Source of the DNA: Octopus vulgaris
Lineage: Eukaryota
Assembly: GCA_951406725.2 (NCBI GenBank)
Contig: OX597817.1
Span: 54,498,001-54,562,000 of the forward strand
Reading direction: 5' to 3'
DNA: 64,000 nt
Shown: positions 28,280 to 44,167 of the stretch, piece by piece
Position numbering within the stretch: position 1 is the first letter of the stretch
Layout: each line of letters opens with the position of its first letter
Position numbers and translations under genes: made by a program
Notes under the pieces: generated by a model
The model's database searches: none
Told to the model about the DNA's origin: nothing
The model's input: the letters and a program-made list of their open reading frames with translations, nothing else

Positions 28280-28520
28280 TTTGAGACGACAACGAGCATC
28301 AACAGAAGCAGAGAGGAAATAAGACGCAGACACTAGAACTGGATCGGATACCTCTTCGGACACAATCGATACTGCGATTGTATGATGGCACTAGAATTGC
28401 CAGCTTGAAGGGAAAGGGGTAGCAGGGAGTCTTAAGACCATATGGCGAAGGACCATTGACAAGGAAAGGAGAAGAGAAGGGGTCAGACGATTGAATGAGA
28501 CCAGAACAGTGACAGAAAAC
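28280..28520 (+). mobile_element. Decayed RTE-clade LINE 3' fragment
   Basis: EEIRRRH*NWIGYL ... KTIWRRTIDKER resembles the RTE C-terminus. Confidence 0.55.
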
Positions 28521-28645
28521 GAATTGTTCTTGATCGAATTTTAAACCATAACGATGTGAATAATTCCTCTTTTACAATTAGTTTGCCTGATAAGTCGTTC
28601 AATAAGCAAATATAAATAAATAATAAAACGAAAAAAAAGAAAGCT

Positions 28646-28731
<86 letters not shown>

Positions 28732-28736
28732 CATAC

Positions 28737-28904
28737 GTGTTGGCCGGATAACCGAAGAGATGGTGTTGTGGATTTCCACTTCGGCATCTGAAACTCAGAG
28801 TTTTATCTTGACTATTGAGTAAATGTAACATATTATTTTATAGATAAATTTCCTCTATTTACATAATATTGAGGTCTCTTTCTTTCTTTTGTTATCTTAC
28901 CGTT
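28737..28904 (+). mobile_element. (TA)n-abutting short element with hammerhead at 28746-28808
   Basis: GGATAA-CCGAAGA-GATG..GTGGA/TCCAC..CATC-t-GAAA-CTCAGAGTT-TTATCT; one core substitution; 3' part homologous to 51990-52090. Confidence 0.7.
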
Positions 28905-28920
28905 GCGGTTAGTTGCATAC

Positions 28921-29052
28921 TCTGTAATTTGTCCTACAAATGAAGTTGGAGGTAGAGCCACAACAGTTCCTCGGAGGAACAACCTCATTGTTTATACATC
29001 CTTCAGTGATGAAGTTCGGAGATCCACCGCCGGGGTGCAAGTTATAAAATCC
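28921..29052 (-). CDS. Candidate Cys-rich coding exon (or terminal exon ending at 28909)
   Basis: CTAAT..tacacag acceptor, GTATGC donor, 132 nt, only phase 0 open: GFYNLHPGGG..GCINNEVVPPRNCCGSTSNFICRTNYR. Confidence 0.4.
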
Positions 29053-29114
29053 CTGTGTATACAAGTATACCATTAGATGTATACGCACACACACACGCGC
29101 GCACACACATATAT

Positions 29115-29185
<71 letters not shown>

Positions 29186-29289
29186 CACCTATGTATATAT
29201 ACATATATATATACAACTCTATATACATATATATATGTGCGTGTGTGTGTGTATGTATATAATGTATATATGTTGCACAAACATACATT

Positions 29290-31072
29290 CCAGCTTGAAC
29301 TTCCATAAGGCAAACTGGAAACAAATTGAGAAAGAGATCCTCAAACAAAACTGGCCTGAATGTCTCTCCTCGCCAGACATCGACATGAAACTTCAACAAT
29401 TCATGTCTGTAATGCAAGCCATATGCTACAAATGTGTCCCAGAGAGAAAGGCCACTGTGCACAAGAACAAAATTCCCAGAGAGAGGAAAATTCTAATGAG
29501 ACGGCGTACAAAAATTTCAAATCGCCTAAACAAACAAATTGAAAGCAGTGAAAATTCCCGCCTGAAAATAAAACTGTTGGAAATTGAAAAATGTCTGCAA
29601 CTCTCCCATGAAAAGGAAAGAGCAGACAAAGAAGCCTGGGCTATAGACAACATAAAATCTAACCCCAGAGCTTTCTACAGGTATGCCAAAGAAACAGCTA
29701 CGGTGCACTGTAGGATAGGGCCACTCCTTGAAAAGGATGGCACACTCACAGGAAATCCAATGAGGGTAAGTGAAATACTAAATGAGCAATTCAAGAGTGT
29801 TTTCACTCCACGCCTTGGGCATTTCCAAATCACCAATCCAACTGACTTCTTTACCACTGCAGATATAAAATCAGAGGCAGCGATGATTGATTACATCAAT
29901 ATAAAGGAAGACGCTGTAATAAAGGTTATAGATGAAATGAAAACTAACTCAGCTACTGGCCCCGATGAATTCCCGGCAATCCTTCTAAAAGTATGTAAGA
30001 GAGTCCTACCAAGACCACTGCAGTTCCTCTTTCAGAGCTTCCTTGCAACTGGCAAACTTCCAAGAAAACTGAAGGAAGGTAAAATATGCCCTACTCATAA
30101 AGGAGGTAGCAGAGCGGAGGCCAAGAACTACAGACCTATCTCTCTGACCTCACACATCAGCAAGGTCATGGAACGAATAGTCAGAAGGAAACTAATCACC
30201 TTCCTTGAAGAAAATGACTTGCTGCCTGACACCCAACATGGTTTCCGACCAGGAAGAAGCTGCCTAACTCAGCTCCTACAACACTATGACTGGGTGCTGA
30301 AACGACTGCTCAACCACTCAAATGTGGAAGTCATATATCTCGACTTTGCAAAGGCCTTTGATAAAGTCGATCATGGAATGATATGTCACAAACTGCGTGA
30401 TCTTGGCATAGTTGGAAAATTGGGAGAATGGCTTCATGACTTTCTGAAGGATAGTGAGCGGTGTTTCGCAGGGCACTGTTTTGGGACCATTACTGTTCAT
30501 AATGGTCCTCTCAGACATGCCCTCAGCCACGCAGAGAGCCACGATCACAAGTTATGCAGATGATACAAAAGTTTCACAGGCAATACAGAACCCTGAAGAC
30601 ACTAAGCACCTGCAATGTGAGCTGGACAAAATATACATGTGGGCTGAAAAGAATAGCATGCAGTTCAATGCTGAAAAGTTTCAAGCTTTATGCTATCAGC
30701 ATGCAAAACTAAATGCAATATCCAATGAATACACTGGACCCGGAGGGATTGCAATCCAAGAGACACAATCAGTGCGTGACCTGGGTATTTACATGAGTGA
30801 TGACGCAACCTTTCGTGTGCATGTTGCTAAATTGGCAATGACACGTAGACGGCTGGCCGGATGGATTCTTAGAACCTTTAGAACAAGAGAACAAGAAACC
30901 ATGATGGTCCTCTGAAGGACACTTGTTCTAAGCCACTTTGACTATTGCTCTCAGCTATGGTCACCATCCAGTGTCAAGTTGATCACAGAATTTGAGGCGA
31001 TCTAACGAAGCTACACGAAGAAGATAGCCTCTGTGCAGCATATAAGCTACTGGGAAAGACTCAAGAGATTAA
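29290..31072 (+). mobile_element. CR1-group LINE RT region, truncated at both ends, frameshifted
   Basis: NYRPISLTS, QHGFRPGRSC, YLDFAKAFDKVDH, SGVSQGTVLGPLLF, YADDTK, VRDLGI. Confidence 0.95.
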
Positions 31073-31085
31073 ATATATATGTATA

Positions 31086-31150
<65 letters not shown>

Positions 31151-31357
31151 GCCAGAAACGTTAGCACGCCGGGCGAAATGCTTAGCGGTATTTCGTCTGC
31201 CAGTACGTTCTGAGTTCAAATTCCACCGAGGTCGACTTTGCCTTTCATCCTTTCGAGGTCGATCAAATTACGCACTGGTGTCGATATAATCAACTTAATA
31301 CGTTTGTCCGTCCTTATTTGTCCTCTCTGTGTTTAGCCCCTTGTAGGTAGTAATAGA

Positions 31358-31360
<3 letters not shown>
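31151..31360 (+). mobile_element. SINE family B (Deu/Nin-domain-like)
   Basis: GAGTTCAAATTCC B box; GTCGACTTTGCCTTTCATCCTTTCG core; many copies in the window. Confidence 0.85.
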
Positions 31361-31402
<42 letters not shown>

Positions 31403-31418
31403 TATATGTAGGTGTATG

Positions 31419-31452
<34 letters not shown>

Positions 31453-32234
31453 CACGTCATATACATAAATACATATGCACATATACATATATATATATTA
31501 TTTATGTGTATGCATAAATATTTTTCTGATATAGAGACAGACATATACATTCACGCCCGCTCACTTGGTTGTTTACAATTATCAATACTCTAAATCTCTC
31601 TTCAATTTATATTTCGTTTCGCTGGAAGATCGAATTATCATCAACATCACCATCATCAACAGTATCAGAAAGAGAGAGAGAGGGGGGATAGAGAAAGTGA
31701 GAGTGAGAGAGAGTGAAAGTATCGGAGAGAGAGTTCATTGATTTACAAAGAAAGTCATTCAGACTCCACGAAAAGTCTAACTTTATCGTTGTCTGACCTC
31801 CTTTGTAAATCGATGAGTTCTTGCCACAATGAACGGGTTTTCCAGTGAAACAAATTAAATCTTGTAAAGATATAGCTTACGTTAATGAATTATGAGTCTT
31901 TGTATCTTATAATGCAGGGAGTACTTAATCAGATGTGGTCTTCTTTGTTTTACTGAGTGTAACTAAAGTGCACACGTATGTATGTATATATATATAGCTT
32001 AGACTTTTGGGGGACAACCAGATCGAACCATTTCAAGTGTAGCTGTCCGAAATGGTCATGACTTCTGGTACTTGACTGATGAAAGAAAGCCTAGAATTAC
32101 CTGTCTTTTTTTGCCTGTCCTTTTAATTGTTGTTTTTCATGTCCGCCTTTGTATCGTCTATCTGTCCGAACGTTTTAATACCCTCTGTTGCATTTTTGTT
32201 CCATTTATATATATATGTATATATATATATCTTA

Positions 32235-32470
32235 GACAAAATGAGATGACAAAGCCAAGGCTGTGAGGAGTTTTCAGGACGTTTATAAGAAAAAATTATA
32301 GATATAGTCTTACAGGTCTTACAGATATTATAGATATCCCTTCATCAGTGACGATGTGAGATGGTTAAATAGAGGTAAATATTTGAGTTCGAAATAAGGA
32401 ATTATTATGGAAAAGGAGCAGATAGGGAATATAGAGGGAGATAAGGGAATGAAAGTAGAAATAAAAATGC
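32235..32470 (-). mobile_element. Short element with decayed hammerhead; homologue of 61835-62045
   Basis: Reverse strand CTGATGAAGGGATA..CTGTAAGAC; shared ATTTAACCATCTCACATC and CACAGCCTTGGC. Confidence 0.7.
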
Positions 32471-33017
32471 ATATATGTATATATATATACACATGCGTGT
32501 CTGTGATTAGTATGCGTATGTCTCTGTGCATCAATACTCACTCCTACTTCAACATAGACACATAAATGTAGGGATTAAGTTTAAATTCTCCCCACCATCG
32601 TTCCATGTATTGTGAAAATAATATATTTTTGATGATATTTCTGTCACCAGATCCCATTCATGGTAGAAGCAAATTTATCACGTTTGAAATAAAAATCGTT
32701 TCGATTTATCATGAATAACCAAATGCTTTAGGGGCATCGGAACGTGTCGGCTGCTTCTTCTATCAAAAGGTTGTGACGTAATGATGAATTACAGCTATCA
32801 CGTTTTCCTTCATTTTTTTGTATCATCATCATTAGCAGCATTAGTAATAGCAGCAGCAGCAGCTGTTGCAGTAATGATAATACGTAATTGGATCAATGAT
32901 TATATGAGCTTTTGGCGAGAGAATTCAGTTCGCGTGGTTTTATCATTGTTATTTATGCCAATAATAGTAACAGTAGTTATACATCACTGCATCTACCATT
33001 TGTTGGTGATTCCTTAC

Positions 33018-33195
33018 TATATGGCAGATGACACTTTTCCACCACACAGACGACAACACTCTAACCAATGGTCTGTTCAGGTAGTCGTAGCTGGTGACTG
33101 TTTTACGAGGTTGGAGTGCAAATCCTACTTCAACCCCTTTTCGTCCCATTTGATACGACGGGTCTATTCTTTGACATGTCTGTCCCCACAGCACG
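33018..33195 (-). CDS. Candidate coding exon of an unknown gene
   Basis: CTAAT..gagcag acceptor, GTAAGG donor, single open frame VLWGQTCQ...WWKSVICHI ending in phase 0. Confidence 0.4.
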
Positions 33196-33584
33196 CTGCT
33201 CAACGCAAGTTCAAAATTAGGTAAAACTTAGGTATGAGGAACTATAAGTCATTTCATTTTCTAAGATTGCAGAGTGAGGTTCGAATGAGATTTAGCTACT
33301 CTTTTCTAGCAAGAAGATAGAAAACCCATAGGGGCTTCCACTTCCATGTTGTGGAATAAATGCCCTTACAGACATCGCAGCATTGCGTTTTTTTCTTTCT
33401 TTCTATATTTTGGGGCATCTTCAGTTGATCATTTTGGAAAAGCACTCAATAAAATAAATTGTCGTATTGATTACAAATTTTGGAAAAGTCTTGCAAGTTC
33501 GGGGTTGCGGGTAACTCCACCCAATAGCTCAACTGGCATTTTCCATTGCATCTTTTCGACGTCGAGAGAAGGGAAGCAAAGTCG

Positions 33585-34025
33585 GCCTCTGTGTGTAGCC
33601 CCTTGTGGGTAGTAAAGAAATAAGAAACATTAGCCAGTCTTTTCGTTCTGAGTTCAAATTCCGCGGAGGTCGACTTTACTTTTCATCCTTTCAGAGTCGA
33701 TAAATCAGGTACCAGTTGCATACTGGCGTCAAGCTAATTGACCGGCCCCCTCCCCCAGAAATTTCGGGTTTTGAGCCTAGAGGAGAAAAGAATATTAATT
33801 ACAAATTTTGAAGGCAGCGTGCTGGCAGAATCGTTAGCACGCCGGGCGGAATGCTTAGCGGTATTTCGCCTGTCTTTAAGTTCAGAGTTCAAATTCCGCC
33901 AAGGTCTACTTTGCCTTTCATCCTTTCGTGATGGACTCGGCCACTAACACCTTAATTTCCTGAGCAGGCTGTTACACTGATCGGATGAACTGGAAGCCTC
34001 GTCGTCGTAACCGACGGAGTAGCAC
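33585..34025 (+). mobile_element. Cluster of SINE B copies followed by a SINE D tail
   Basis: Repeated GAGTTCAAATTCCGC..CTTTCATCCTTTC; D tail at 33935-34025. Confidence 0.8.
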
Positions 34026-34087
34026 GATATGCATATGTACATATATATACATACACACACACACATACATACATATATATATATATT

Positions 34088-34132
<45 letters not shown>

Positions 34133-34179
34133 GTGTGTGTGTGTTATTCTTTTATTCGCTTATTCTTTTAATTCTTTCT

Positions 34180-34380
34180 TGCTGGAGCACCACCTTTTAG
34201 TCGAAGAATTCAACCCCAGGACTTATTCCTTGTAAGTTCGGTACTTATTCTATCGGTTCTCTTTTAGTAAACCACTAAGTTACGGGGACGTAAACACACC
34301 AATATCGGTGTCCAGTGATGGTGGGAAGGACAAACACAGAGAAACAGGCTTAAATACTCACACACACACACACACACACG

Positions 34381-34437
<57 letters not shown>

Positions 34438-34545
34438 ACATATATATATATATATATGATTGGCTTCTTTCCAGTTTCCGTCTACCAAATCCACTCACAA
34501 GGCTTTGAGCGAGCCCAAGGTGCCACGTAGTGGGGATGAACCCGT
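34180..34545 (-). mobile_element. SINE family A, diverged
   Basis: Reverse-complement tail and partial head around an internal (CA)n(TA)n. Confidence 0.8.
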
Positions 34546-34903
34546 ATATGCATATATATATATATATATACACACATACACACACACATATATATATATA
34601 TAAATATATACATATGTAAGTACATGTATATATATATAAGTATACACACACACACACACATATATACTACCATATATAAAAAAAAAAGTAATCTGATGTA
34701 TAGTGCGTAAGTTCAATACTTAAATATAGTAAGAATTATATATTTTTTTTACTTTATTATCCTTTTCAATAAATATTGTCGTTGCATCATGTTTTTGACT
34801 CTTATACGGAATTCGTCTAGGTTCGATCTCCGAACACTAGTATTGATCTCAAAATTGGATTACCGATCGTATGACCGGTAAAGCCTTTACTGATATATAT
34901 ATG

Positions 34904-34967
<64 letters not shown>

Positions 34968-35025
34968 GTATATATATTATATATATATATATATGTATGT
35001 ATATATATATGTATATATGTATATA

Positions 35026-35116
<91 letters not shown>

Positions 35117-35602
35117 GTTCATGTGCATACGCGTATATACATCCTGGGGAGAAGAGATACATGCACACACATATACACTCCCGACAGAATAGTTGTTTCA
35201 CTATACATGCAAATTTACATGCATAGATACGCCTACAATTATTCACGCACACACATGTGCAAGTAAATCGGTTGATAGCTAAAGATAGATACGAGATTTG
35301 ATACAGAGTTTGGAAAGTAAAGAGAGTGAGAGAGTGAGATGGGGAAAGAGAGAGAGAGAGAGAGAGTGATTGAGGTATGGAAAGAGATATACGAAAATCT
35401 TGGTGAATAAGGAAGAAAAACGGAATTCTAAGACAGAGACTTGTGGTTAGGGGTAGAGAAAGTTGAATAACAATACCAGCAACAGAGAAAATAATTGGGG
35501 AAGAAAGTGAAGAAGCGTGAGAATGGTTGTATAAAGTAACTAGTTTACATGTCTGCGTCTTTGTGGGCGTGTGTGACACCTATGTAGGTGAAGATATATG
35601 CA

Positions 35603-35636
<34 letters not shown>

Positions 35637-35742
35637 CATACATACATACATACATACATACATACATACATGTATGTATGTATATATATATATATGCATA
35701 TATTGATAGATAGACAGATAGATAGTTAGATATATAGTTTAG

Positions 35743-35775
<33 letters not shown>

Positions 35776-35813
35776 AAGAAAGATAAAGAGATATGTAGAT
35801 AGATATTAACCCA

Positions 35814-35848
<35 letters not shown>

Positions 35849-35957
35849 GAGAGAGACAGAGACAGAGAGGTGGGGAGAGAGAAAGAGTGAGAGAAACAGA
35901 GATAGAGTGGCATATATATATAGATGCATACATATATATATATAAATATATATATAT

Positions 35958-36005
<48 letters not shown>

Positions 36006-36011
36006 GCATAT

Positions 36012-36060
<49 letters not shown>

Positions 36061-36065
36061 CATAT

Positions 36066-36400
36066 GAAGGCACGTGGCTCAGTGGTTAGATCGTCGAGCT
36101 TACGATCGTGAGGTTGTGAGCTCGAATCCCGGACCGGGCTGCGTGTTGTGTTCTTGAGCAAGACACTTTATTTCATGTTGCTCCAGCTCACTCAGCTGTA
36201 GAAATGAGTTGCGACGTCACAGGTGCCAAGCTGTATCGACCTTTGTCTTTCCCTTGGATAAAACTAGTGGCGTGGAGAGGGGAGGCCGGTATGCATGGGC
36301 GACTGCTGGTCTTCCATAAACAACCTTGCCCAGACTTGTGCCTAGGAGGGTAACTCTCTAGGTGCAAACCCATGGTCAGTGTCTGACCAAAGGGAGTCAC
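36066..36400 (+). mobile_element. SINE family C
   Basis: Colinear with 839-1173. Confidence 0.9.
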
Positions 36401-36498
36401 CATCACACCACCATATACATATGTACATATATAAATATATATATACATGCATATATATATATAGATGTATATATATACATACATATATACATACATAT

Positions 36499-36534
<36 letters not shown>

Positions 36535-36664
36535 TGATAAACAGATAGTTAGATGGATAGATAAAAAGATATGAAGATAGATATTCAATCTATGTATGTA
36601 TCTATCTATACAGAGAGAGAAAGAGAGGGTGGGAGAGAGAAAGAGTGAAACAAAGACACAGAGG

Positions 36665-36718
<54 letters not shown>

Positions 36719-37058
36719 TACATATATCCATATATATATATATATATACACGCCCACACACTCATACAGAGAGAGAGAGAGAGAGAGAGAGGGCAAGGGA
36801 GAGAAGTAAATATTTATATATAAAGATAAATATCTATCCATCTATCTATATATATATAATCATATATATATATATAAGCAGAAATATCTGCGTATACATC
36901 ATATATAAATATATGACATATATATATAGATGTGGAATATATGTACATACATATGTATGGGTGGGTGTATATGAATGTATGTCTGTAGAAAAATGTTTAG
37001 TACATATTTTGTGTGATTCTAGAATTGATGTGTGTGTGTATATATATATATATATGTG

Positions 37059-37168
<110 letters not shown>

Positions 37169-37249
37169 TATATACACATATATATATATATATACGTATA
37201 TATATATAAATATATATATATATAGATATATACATATATATATATAGAA

Positions 37250-37303
<54 letters not shown>

Positions 37304-37614
37304 GCAAAACCTAGCACTCTGGAGCCTACCCAGCTGTATTTATAGCACAGAATCACTCATCTTGCTACAGTCAAAAATTGTGAAGCATGACTGTCAACAC
37401 TACTACATGAACCCGAAGATTGCAGAATTCAATGCATGAAAGTACTAGTTCAATCAGAATGAATATTTAACATTCTACTATTTCATTTTATTTTATTCAA
37501 TTATAATATATCATCTTATAATATATCATTATAAGATTGTAAATAAAACGTGAAAATCAGACAAGGTTGGAATTCTTTTTATTAATATATTCTTCTATAC
37601 ACAATCACACACAC

Positions 37615-37691
<77 letters not shown>

Positions 37692-37745
37692 TATATATAT
37701 ATAGATATATACATATATATATATATATATATAAATAATTAAATA

Positions 37746-37782
<37 letters not shown>

Positions 37783-37881
37783 TTGGCATTAATCTAGTTA
37801 AGATACATTCAGTTTAGAATTGTTGATGTGAATGTAAGCACATGTATTCATTTGTGAGAGGGCGTGAGTGTAAATGTCTAT

Positions 37882-37937
<56 letters not shown>

Positions 37938-38344
37938 GAGGGCCGGTGTGTGTTAGTGCGTGTGAGAAGACATATACTTATATATGTAGGCACGCAAGGA
38001 TATATGGATAATATTATAATTCTATGTAAGTATGTAAGAATATATGTGTGGGAGTGCTTGTATGTGCGCGTGCGTGTGTAAGTAGGGATGTTAATGTTTA
38101 AAAGTAGTGTTTTGATTATCTGGTGTACAACAGACAGTAAACGATGTGTGCCTTGCTCTTATGAGCTACAGACTAATTAAGTAGGTGTGTATGAATGTGG
38201 CTGTGTGCATACAAGTGTATACAAGTGAATGTATATGGAAGGATTTGCACAGAAACATGTATATACGAATGTTGTGTGTGCGTATATATATATGTGTATA
38301 TATATATATGCATATATATATACACACAGGTATATTTATACATG

Positions 38345-38399
<55 letters not shown>

Positions 38400-38469
38400 A
38401 TATCTATCTGTCTATCCATCACTCTATATAATATTACATGTAATTTTACGGCTTACTGTGTGTAAATAC

Positions 38470-38745
38470 ATGTGTGTTCCAAGGGCACACATTTCTACAA
38501 TATCCTCCCCAAAATCCTGAAGAGACCAACATGGGGTGGAGGTAGGTATTTTTCAAAACAAAATTGTATCCCCTCCTGTCAAGGATTCCGGATGAACCTA
38601 CCTCGCGGATGAGGGCAGCAATATCAAAGTGCCTCATTTACCAAATGCCACGTTTCGCACAAGAGGATTCAAGTAGTGAACATGTTGCAAAGCTAACGGT
38701 GGTGCTGCAGCATGGGCGCAGTTCTCCAGCTGAAATTATAAAAAT
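38470..38745 (+). mobile_element. CR1-group LINE 3' fragment
   Basis: [12 protein letters not shown] and GGTGCTGCAGCATGG tail. Confidence 0.75.
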
Positions 38746-38807
38746 ACATACACACACACCAACGCACCCCCCACATATATATATATATATGTATATATCT
38801 ATATCTA

Positions 38808-38875
<68 letters not shown>

Positions 38876-38921
38876 CATCTATATACATATATATATATAA
38901 ATGCATATACATATATATATG

Positions 38922-39018
<97 letters not shown>

Positions 39019-39025
39019 ATGTATG

Positions 39026-39060
<35 letters not shown>

Positions 39061-39170
39061 TAATATTTAGCAGACGTTACAGAGTAAATCAAGGGCTGAA
39101 ATATTCGTGTATTAGCACTTATAAAACAACTTCAATATATGTATATATGTGTGTGTATGTATACATGTTA

Positions 39171-39218
<48 letters not shown>

Positions 39219-40287
39219 TGTGTGGTGTGCGTGCGCGTGTGTGTGTGTGCATGTGTGTGTGCGTATATAAGTTTTAGAAAAAGATGAATGTGAAAAATAC
39301 GCCATACCTATGAATATAAAAACATGTGTATATTCATGTGTATGTTTATATATGTTTATATGGATGTATATATGTATGTATATATATGTATATATTTAAG
39401 TATATGTATATATATATACATATATATATACATATATATACATACGTACAAATATACATACATTCATTCATGCATACATTCATACATACATACATACATA
39501 CATACATACATACATACATACATACATGCATGCATACATACATGCATGCATACATACATGCATGCGTACAAACATACATACACACATACATACATACATA
39601 CATACATACATACATTCATACATACATACATATTAGTGTATATACGAGTCTGTGTTCTCGCACTCATGTGCAACTATTTTCGCGTGGACAACAATTAACT
39701 ATAGCTTAGCAGAAGGTCACTCCTCACCAGGCGAACATATATATAGACAGTTATTCGAAAGCAGGCCACTATGATGCATGCACCTCTTGTTAAATAAGTG
39801 CTCGCATATTCATTTACTAGACTGACAAAAGACAGAGACGCAGCAGACAATTTTTTATCCTTAATATGTCCCGTGAAAAGGCACGAATCCTTAGTTATAT
39901 TCGTGTATTTGGGTAAGCGATTGTAAGCGGTGGACAGAAGCCATTGTCTGTACGTATAACAGTGGCAAAATAAAAGTTATAAATGTATATTTGTGCTTCT
40001 ATATATGGATATGTGTAGGAAGATAACCGTGCCTGTATGTTTGTAATTATATAAATGTAAATAGACATGCATACATAGACATAGAGACATACATACATGC
40101 ATACATACATATATATATACACATGTCTATATATATATATATATATACACCCACCCATACATCTATATATATATGTATACTGGGATATATATATATGTAT
40201 ATATTACGTATATATTATACGCATATTACGCACATGTCTACTAATATGTATACATATTTACATATATGCAATTATATATATAAATAC

Positions 40288-40353
<66 letters not shown>

Positions 40354-40593
40354 ATACGTATATATATAGGCATACACACACTTATACATTTATGTATATT
40401 TTTAAATATATACTTCAAACACCCATGAATATATACATGCAGTGTGGTTCGTACAATACAACTCCATATATATATAGGTATACATATATAACAAATATAT
40501 ATAACAAAAGAGAAACACCAAAATGATATGTAAAATATACGTAACCTATATATTTTCAGTATATTCAAACAAAATTAAATATGTACGTATATA

Positions 40594-40668
<75 letters not shown>

Positions 40669-40847
40669 GTGTGTGTGTGTGTATATATGCACATACATAT
40701 ATACATATATATGAATATGTATATATATATATGTACATAGATATACATACATACATACAAACAAATACAATCATATATATATTTATATATATATACAAAC
40801 AAGTTATATATCATGTATGTATGCGTGTGTGAACATATGCGTATCTA

Positions 40848-40887
<40 letters not shown>

Positions 40888-41107
40888 TTTATACATATAT
40901 GTAAATATATACATATATTTTATATATATTGACACAAACACATATATATTTACACATATATATATATGTATACATATGTACATGCACACAGACATATATA
41001 CACTTTTGCAAATATATTATTATTCATTTAGGATTGTGCATATATATACTAAATATATGTGTATATGTATGTGCGTTTGTGTGGGTGCCTCTTTCTCCCT
41101 GTCTATG

Positions 41108-41138
<31 letters not shown>

Positions 41139-41332
41139 CTATGTATGTATGTATGTTTGTATGTATGTATGTATGTATCTATCTATCTACCTACCTACCT
41201 ACCTATCTATCTGAAAACCTACGCCACCCCTTTTTTTTCTTTTGTTTCTTGTTTTTTTCATCCCCCAAAAGAAAAGCTCTACCTTGTAACTTGTCCCATC
41301 TGTGTGCAGCCCTGTGTGGCCAATAAAGAAAC

Positions 41333-41399
<67 letters not shown>

Positions 41400-41404
41400 C
41401 CTAC

Positions 41405-41505
<101 letters not shown>

Positions 41506-41617
41506 AATTTATCTATCTAAATGTCTGTCTGACTGTCTGTCTATATATCTATCTATCTACCTATCTATCTATGTGTCTGTGTGTCTGTTTAACTATCTTT
41601 TTGTCTGTCTGTCTACC

Positions 41618-41726
<109 letters not shown>

Positions 41727-42111
41727 TTCTATGTATGTATATATGTCTTTGAGAGTGCAAATGCACGTATATATACACCCATAGAACATATATTTATAAT
41801 ATATACATAGTCACGGGTAATCATGAAACTTTAATCATTTGTCTTCTACTAGTCTCATTCTTGAAAAGTGGGCCATGCTGGGGCACTCTCTTGTAACTTT
41901 TAGTCGAACAAGTCAGTCCCACTATTGTGCATTTATTGTAAAGTTGGGTACCATATCGGCGTCTTTCTTAGAACAAGTCATATTCCCTGCGGGAAAAGGG
42001 CCATTACCTGTGTCCAAAGGGTTCGATAAGGGCAAAGAAAGAAAGTTGCACACTTGGACTCATGATCGCGCGTGCACACGTTTTTTTGTAGTTATAAACA
42101 CACACATATCG

Positions 42112-42159
<48 letters not shown>

Positions 42160-42161
42160 CA

Positions 42162-42216
<55 letters not shown>

Positions 42217-42339
42217 ATATATATATGTTTATATATATATATGTTTATATACATATATGTTTATATACATATATGTATGCATGTATATATATACATTTAT
42301 ACATATTTATATATATACATATATATATATATATGTATA

Positions 42340-42389
<50 letters not shown>

Positions 42390-42423
42390 TATATACATAT
42401 ATGTATACATGTATATATATATA

Positions 42424-42885
<462 letters not shown>

Positions 42886-42935
42886 AATTTATATGTATGC
42901 ATGTATATATATATGTTTATATACATATATGTATG

Positions 42936-42982
<47 letters not shown>

Positions 42983-43170
42983 GTGTGCATATATATATAT
43001 TATATATATATAAGTATATATGTATATGAATATACATATATATGTATATACGTATATGTACGACTACATACATATATATGTAAATAGATGGATATATAAA
43101 TACTCAAAATATCATAAATCTGTCTATCTATATGTACATCTGCATACGCATGTATATATATGCATACATG

Positions 43171-43204
<34 letters not shown>

Positions 43205-43289
43205 TGTACGTATGTATGTATATATATATATATTTTATATATATATATAGTTCCATAAATATATATATTTGTAGATATATAATCCGTAA

Positions 43290-43357
<68 letters not shown>

Positions 43358-43374
43358 GTCTGTCTGTCTCTCTG

Positions 43375-43425
<51 letters not shown>

Positions 43426-43489
43426 ATTCACATATACATATGCATATATAAAAGGTGTATATATAACTATATGTATTTACATATCTATT

Positions 43490-43531
<42 letters not shown>

Positions 43532-43729
43532 TATATATATATATATATATAAATATATATATATGTATATGTATATAGATAGATACTCAAAGCAATATTT
43601 CACTAAATCATATATATGAATATGCATGTATGCGTTTGTGCGCATATGTGTGCGTGTATATATATGTATATATATATATATACATATATATGTATACATA
43701 TATGTATGCATGTATATATACATGCATAC

Positions 43730-43773
<44 letters not shown>

Positions 43774-44128
43774 AATATATATATAAATATATGTTTTGTT
43801 TATATACAGTTATATCTATATCTGTATCTCAATCAGTCCATTATCTATCTATCTATCCATCTACCTATATATAAATGCATGTATAGATTTACATATATAC
43901 GTATGTATAGGTTTATACACTCACACACATAAATACATATAGATGTATAGGTAGATCATTAGTTGGATGTACATATACCCACCTGTTGTGGTTATTCCGT
44001 ATCTCTTGGGTATGAATTTATACGTTTACATATTTGCACACTAACACAAACATACACACACACACACTCACAAACACACGCACACACATATATCTACATA
44101 CATGTGTATACATACATGTATATATCTT

Positions 44129-44167
<39 letters not shown>

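Noticed and set aside
29055-29289. N-terminal part of the 502-aa ORF (likewise the start of ORF 57656-58732)
   Set aside because: Microsatellite read-through fused by chance to a LINE fragment, not a chimeric gene
37335-37345. TATAAAT on the minus strand as promoter of the candidate gene
   Set aside because: Expected by chance in this AT-rich sequence; no supporting evidence
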